Below are positions 63,565 through 64,000 of a stretch of 64,000 nucleotides of DNA, in pieces. Below the pieces are notes generated by a model. The model worked only from the letters and a program-made list of their open reading frames with translations. It searched no databases and had not been told where the DNA came from. The translations under genes were made by a program, and so were the position numbers. The stretch's first letter is position 1. Every line of letters starts with the position of its first letter. Source of the DNA: Nitrospirales bacterium (GTDB lineage Bacteria > Nitrospirota > Nitrospiria > Nitrospirales > UBA8639); NCBI GenBank assembly GCA_963555755.3, contig OY820905.2, forward strand, positions 2,080,001-2,144,000. The letters run 5' to 3'.

Positions 63565-64000
63565 GTTGGTCACTTGTCACAAGTAGCCTTTCACACAGGA
63601 GAAGGTGCTGCGGCATCCGATTCACAAGGTCTGCGAGGAGTGGTTGGGACTGGACGCCTCGCACGAAATGGTTTGTGGGGGAACTCGGGTGGGAAAACCT
63701 AGGTGGGCGAGAATCTTGACAATCGCCACAAGTCAATACTCATGCCTGACCCCAATGCTATGCAGACGGGTCGGGGCATGACGACACCTTCAACGAATCT
63801 ATATCATGAAACAAGCTTCATGACCCCTACTCTGCCCCCTACTCCTGCCCCTACTCCCTCATCAAGGGATTTTGTAGAGGACAAAGCCAATATTGGCTCT
63901 GGAAGGAAAAGGAAGGTCGGGCACAACGTGAGAACAAAAAGACAGGAGGCAAGCGTATGGGGTAAAACAAATGGTAGGGACTAAATTGTTTCTTGAATTC

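Noticed and set aside
37223..63753. Classical integron
   Set aside because: No tyrosine-recombinase integrase, and I did not recognise attC RYYYAAC..GTTRRRY structures; cargo orientations are mixed.
1..64000. CRISPR array
   Set aside because: No regularly spaced direct repeats with unique spacers and no cas genes; the repeats are MITE/REP-type.

Overview
Bacterial chromosome window, probably Nitrospirales (inferred from gene content and repeat style). Bases 1-26.3 kb are intact core genes: glgP, a HEAT-repeat protein, two paralogous c-type cytochromes, cdd, rodZ, a PfkB kinase, mtnP, miaA, mutL, a tolQ-tolR-tolA-like-tolB-coiled-coil-cpoB cluster without pal, tRNA-Val/tRNA-Asp, a TPR protein, mltD and an FGE-family protein. 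Their intergenic spaces hold several MITE/REP families, which are often nested and often abut stop codons. At 27.2-32.3 kb a c-di-GMP-I riboswitch with a readable terminator/antiterminator precedes three Rcp1-like receivers, a hybrid kinase, another receiver and a degenerate HD-GYP regulator. Bases 32.5-64 kb form an accessory, partly decaying region with IS1595 (2 intact copies, 1 suspect), IS4 x2, IS3, IS256, ISAs1, two Fic-type modules and several pseudogenes. That region is punctuated by recurring ...CCTGACCCC motifs next to a RAYT (Y1 HUH transposase) remnant, and both IS4 copies sit at the same position of one such motif. All calls come from reading the sequence; no database searches were run.
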